From assembly GCA_001938485.1 (NCBI GenBank), contig MQRK01250726.1, positions 1 to 54,552 on the forward strand: DNA of 54,552 bases. Direction: 5' to 3'. The notes under the pieces were generated by a model. It was not told the origin of the DNA. It did no database searches and saw only the letters and a list, made by a program, of their open reading frames with translations. This stretch comes from Girardia tigrina (lineage: Eukaryota). The translations under genes were made by a program, and so were the position numbers. Shown one piece after another: positions 49,769 through 54,552 of the stretch. Every line of letters starts with the position of its first letter. The first letter of the stretch is position 1.

Positions 49769-52700
49769 TATAAAAGCAGCGAATTTTACAGTAGGTTAAT
49801 TAATATTTTGTATTCACTGCTTTTACAATTAAAAAAATTATCAAATAGAAAAAACAATTAGTTAAAACGCCAAACTCTTTAATTTAAGAAAAAAATAAAT
49901 AAACATACATAGCAACATTAACGTCCCAAGTGATAAAATATAATCATCGTTAATCCAAAATTATGAACATTAATTTTTCTATTGATTTTCTTTATTAAAT
50001 TCAATTTTTAATCTTCATAGATATACTGTCCAACATAAAAAAGACTCACAAATAATGAACATAAATGAGACAAAAAATCATTGAAAACACGACAACCAAA
50101 AATGTCACTTCCGCCACAAAAATAATCACAAATCACCAGTGGAAGATTAATAAGAATTGCACTTGAGTATCGCGCCACTGTTGATCACCGTCAAATAAAT
50201 TTCCGGTTGCGTTGACTGTCGGAGCGAGGTCGACGTCACTGACTCGCAACACTTGCAACACTTTCGATGAAGTGCAAAAACGCATCCTCAGACTATATTT
50301 TACCAGTTAATAAATTATTGATTTTCGACAGACATCACTCACAAAAAAAATCACAAATAACCCACAGACGATGAACAAAAAAAACATGCACCAGTAATAC
50401 AATAAAATCACATAAGAAAATAAGTAAACACAAAGGTCAAGGAACACGCAAATAAAACAATCACGCTGTGTCAGTAAGTAGGGCACTACATAAGCCCCCT
50501 GCTGTAAGTGGAACTTTAAGATGATTGAAAGAAAAATGGATGAAATTTGGGTTTTATTTTGTTTCTTATATCCCAATCTAAAAAATCGAAGTTTATTTCA
50601 TTTTGTGGCTTTGGCGAACAGAAAGTAATCCTTTTTTGGTTGATTGTTATTGTTTTGCCTTCTATGTTTAAAATAAAAGATTTGTTTAATTGGTCCATTA
50701 TTTGATAGGATCCTTCGAAAGTATCGTTAACATTGTTTTTAACCAATGCTAGAAAGTCTTTGTAAATTTCTACCTTATTTTCTTTTCCAAATTCCAAAAC
50801 GTTTTGATTCATGGGTATATTTTCTTTTTCAAGGTTTGAGTTGTTGACTTGGTTTTTGTTTTTGTTGTTACTTATTGTTTATTTCTATGTGTTGTTCATT
50901 CGTTTCAAAATCTTGTTTTGGTTCCATTATTGATTCTTCGAATTCACTACTTGAATTGATGTTGCTTTGCTCTTCCGCGATTACGTCTGTTGATTTTTGA
51001 ATTCTTTTGTTTATGGTTATGGTGTTCGTTTGAATTGATTTATTTTTATTTATCGATGTGTTGGTATACATTTCTCGGAGCATTGGTTTTAATTGATTGT
51101 GTTCCGTGTCTTTGGTTTGTGAATAATTATCTCTGAATTTTCTAATTAATATTGATTGGGTTTGTATTTCTTTATCGAAAGATTTGGTTTGTGATTGTTT
51201 CTTTGTTGCTTGTGTTTCTTTCTTTGCTAATTTGAAGAAATTCTTCTGATAATTTTTGTCATGGATATGGTTTTTTTTGGGTTTGTGTGTCTTGCTTTAT
51301 TTCGCAAAATTCTGTTTTGGTTTTGTTACAGTCAATATTTTTATGAAAGAGTTTTCCTTTTTGGTTCGGTGTTGTTATCTCTTCCATATAATCTTTTTTT
51401 GAACTTTTTTGATTTTGGAGTTGTAAAACGTTTGAATTCTTGGTTTTTGTGCATATCTTTTTTGTTTGAATGAGCAAGGGTACTGGCATTTAAGTGCATT
51501 GCCTTTGAATTTATTGTGGTACCAGCAGAACATGTTTTTTCTTCTATTGATGTTTCTAGAAACTCTTTATGGTTTTCTGTTTCTTCTTTTATGTATATTA
51601 AATTTTTTTCTTTTAAGTATCGTTTGAGATCTGAAATTTCTTTTTTTAGGATGTTGTTATCATCTTCAATTTTTACAATTTTTGGACCAAGTGATTCAAA
51701 ATCTCCACATTTGCATTTTCGATTTTAATATTTGGGTTTTTGTTATATGTTGAGTAACTGTAGTAATGTGTTGTTTGTTAATTGTGGACCTGAAAACTAA
51801 TGTTGTTTGTATATTTTGGTATATTGTTTGTTTGTGTATTTAAATGTTGTATTGTGTTTGAAAAAGTTTGTTTATGTACTGGGGATTTAATTTTGTATGG
51901 AGGCATTTCTTAAGATGAGATTGTTGTACTTGTTGTAAAATTTATTCTAAGTAAGTAACAGTTCTTGATATTTGTGATAAGGTTATTTTGATTGTTGTGA
52001 TTATAGATGTACTGAAAATGTGTGTTTTTGTGAGTGTTTGTAATGTATGCGTGTTTAATCAGGTATGTCTTTGAATATATGTATGTATGGCTGTGTTTTA
52101 TATGTTTGTGTATTGTCGGGTGGATGCTTTACCTTCTGACATCAATTTGTAAATGCAGCGAATTTTACAGTAAGTTAATTAATATTTTGTATTCGCTGCT
52201 TTTAGAATTAAAAAATATAAATTATCAAATAGAAAAAACAATTAGTCAAAACGCCAAACTCTTTAATTTAAGAAAAAAAAATAAATAAACATACATAACA
52301 ACATTAACGTCCCAAGTGATAAAATATAATCATCGTTAATCCAAAATTATGAACATTAATTTTTCTATTGATTTTCTTTATTAAATTCAATTTTTAATAT
52401 TCATAGATATACTGTCCAACATAAAAAAAAGACACTCACAAATAATGAACATAAATGAGACAAAAAATCATTGAAAATACGACAACCAAAAATGTCACTT
52501 CCGCCACAAAAATAATCACAAATCACCAGTGGAAGATTAATAAGAATTGCACTTGAATATCGCGCCACTGTTGATCACCGTCAAATGAATTTCCGGTTGC
52601 GTTGACTGTCGGAGCGAGGTCGATGTCACTGACTCGCAACACTTTCGATGAAGTGCAAAAACGCATCCTCAGACTCAATTTTACCAGTTAATAAATTATG

Positions 52701-52869
52701 GATTTTCGACAGACATCACTCACAAGAAAATCACAAACAACCCACAAGCGATGAACAAAAAAACATGCACCAGCAATACAATAAAAACACATAAGAAAAT
52801 AAGTAAACACAAAGGTTAAAGAACACGCAAATAAAACAATCACGCCGTGTCAGTAAGTAGGGCACTACA
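49769..52869 (-). mobile_element. Non-autonomous Ty3/gypsy-derived LTR element (3.1 kb); LTRs at 52148-52869 (5') and 49769-50490 (3')
   Basis: Two 722-bp direct repeats (TGT...ACA; one end mutated TG to TA); 5-bp TSD CTATG; PBS-like TGATGTCAGAAG after the 5' LTR (compare tRNA-Leu PBS TGGTGTCAGAAG); PPT AGCAGGGGG before the 3' LTR; integrase GPY/F-like tail FEGSYQI; no RT. Confidence 0.93.
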
Positions 52870-52985
52870 CTATGGTAACCGGAACCATTGCTAGGGTAAT
52901 CGCGACCGTTGCTATGGTAACCGGACCCGTTGCCATGGCAACGGGCTACCCCCGGGGTGAGGGAGAATGCCCGTTGTCCCCCTAC
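52870..52985. repeat. 21-bp tandem repeat, right part, with X-box-like palindromes and a GC-rich terminus
   Basis: GTTGCTATGGTAAC at 52908-52921 and GTTGCCATGGCAAC at 52929-52942. Confidence 0.8.
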
Positions 52986-53119
52986 TAAAAGCACCAAAAC
53001 AGCCTTGCCTAAAGACTACCAGGAGGTATGAAAATTTAAAAATACGGCTTCAAAAGTTAAGACACATTTGCACATGTGTCCATTTGGATTATTAGACGAT
53101 GGTTACAAGTAGATTTGCA

Positions 53120-53490
53120 GATATCAGTACATGTTATTTCTCTAAAGCCCCGAATCCCCAAAACTATTATGATGGATTTTGAAAAAGGAGCAATGAATGC
53201 TGTTTCTACTGTATTTTGCAATGCTACTATTAAAGGCTGTTTTTTTCATCTGAACCAATCAATTTGAAAAAAAATAAAAGAAACATCAAATCTTCCGGAT
53301 CTGTATTTAAACAATATAAAATTAGAACCATTCTGAAATCACTGATGGCTTTAGCGTTTGTTCCTGTGGATGATGTTATCACTGCCTTTTTGACTTTACT
53401 TGATCTTTCTAATGATTATCCAGAACTGGATGATGTCTTTGCATATTTTGAGGATACATATATTGGCCGTGCTCGTGGAGAACGAATGTA
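53120..53490 (+). mobile_element. MULE/Mutator transposase fragment
   Basis: IMMDFEKGAMNAV..VF....I.GCFFHL.Q and LMALAFVP...V...F ... YFEDTYIG. Confidence 0.9.
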
Positions 53491-53649
53491 TAAAAACATT
53501 TCAAATACATTCCAGAATCGTGCATATTGATAAATTGTTGTCTGTTGATTAAAATGTTTCTTTAAAATTAGAACAAAACATTTAAATTGATTCCAAATAG
53601 AATTTCATCAACAGCACAATATTCCACATTTGCATGTAGAAGTATGCAT

Positions 53650-53873
53650 GCGAATACAAAATATTAATTAACTTACTGTAAAATTCGCTGCATTTACAAA
53701 TTGATGTCAGAAGGTAAAGCATCCACCCGACAATACACAAACATATAAAACACAGCCATACATACATATATTCAAAGACATACCTGATTAAACACGCATA
53801 CATTACAACACTCACAAAAACACACATTTTCAGTACATCTATAATCACATCAATCAAAATAACCTTATCACAA
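53650..53873 (+). repeat. Inverted copy of 51972-52196 (LTR end, PBS and leader)
   Basis: Near-identical reverse complement; one substitution and one indel seen. Confidence 0.92.
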
Positions 53874-53874
53874 G

Positions 53875-54300
53875 CTGCTTTTCATCGTCTTTTAGCTTGT
53901 TGTTGAATTTAGCACGATTGGACCATTGATAATCTGTTTTATTTTCAGATGAAAGTATATTACGCCAATTTAGACACATTCACTAATTTTTCGACGTCCT
54001 CGTGGATTCAACCCTAATAACAAACGTTTTGTCTCTTCTACTGAGTAACACTCACCTCATGTAGTGGTATGGAGATGCTCTGTCTTTGATGATCACGGTT
54101 GCCTTGATTATTTGTCCCAATATCAAATAAGGAATATCAAACTTTACCAGACTTTTCCTAAGAATAAATTACCACACGGATGCATAACTTTCAGCGTTAT
54201 GCATTCAATTATAATTCAGGACTATTCTATTAACCACTTGGTTTCAATAACATCTAATGTTCAAAGCTCGTTCTCTTCAACTGTTTTTTTTTAAATCTGC
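53875..54300 (-). mobile_element. Decayed Tc1-like fragment
   Basis: Minus-strand NWRNILSSE resembles the W..VLFSDE motif. Confidence 0.4.
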
Positions 54301-54552
54301 ATAAGGTAAAGGCAAGTGACTGAAGTAATAATAGTTATGTTTAGAAATTTTCAAAGTTCAATAAATTTGTTTACATGATTATAAATTATATTTAGTACAT
54401 TTTAATAGCAGAATTTTAACAGAAACTGAAAAGTATACATTAGGGATATGACTTTTTAATTTTTTTTCAAATAAAATGTTTCCTGTATCATAAATCGATG
54501 AACTTTTACCTAAAATCATGAAAAAAGGCCCAAATAGCTTTCTGCAACAAAA

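Noticed and set aside
49615-52985. CRISPR-like appearance of the palindromic 21-bp repeats
   Set aside because: Eukaryotic context, no unique spacers and no cas genes.
50307-53857. Hydrophobic ORFs (50307-50576, 52034-52288, 52731-52997, 53582-53857) resembling membrane proteins
   Set aside because: They arise from T/G-rich strands of the LTR and leader repeats and have no recognisable domain.
47371-54552. Search for further upstream sid-1 ectodomain exons
   Set aside because: No convincing exon found by eye. They probably lie beyond the window, although a short divergent exon could have been missed.

Overview
This is very AT-rich eukaryotic (animal) genomic DNA with two scaffold gaps beside (AT)n tracts. 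The short 43-54 bp GT-AG introns and the transposon mix would fit a triclad flatworm, but that is inference only. One host gene dominates the window: a minus-strand SID-1 transmembrane family gene (SIDT1/2 or CHUP-1-like). I reconstructed 17 phase-consistent coding exons (47370 down to the stop at 6921, about 539 aa), from the end of the ectodomain through the whole multi-pass membrane domain with intact SACYH and HDVWH motifs. The 5' exons appear to lie beyond the right edge. The large introns and flanks are filled with decayed transposons: mariner, Tc1, Tigger/pogo, MULE, hAT, MITEs, Penelope-like, RTE and other LINEs, and Ty3/gypsy. The most notable observations are: (1) a 5.6 kb hAT element with TIRs and an 8-bp TSD carrying a captured intronless SNIP1/FHA gene copy; (2) three minimal hammerhead ribozyme motifs in Penelope remnants inside sid-1 introns; (3) a 21-bp tandem array of RFX X-box motifs split by a non-autonomous LTR element; (4) intronic inverted repeats bracketing a frame-symmetric 594-nt exon block, a circRNA candidate; (5) a tail-less RTE LINE ending in C2H2 zinc fingers; (6) a Stowaway-like MITE in an animal genome. 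All similarity calls come from motif recognition, not database searches.
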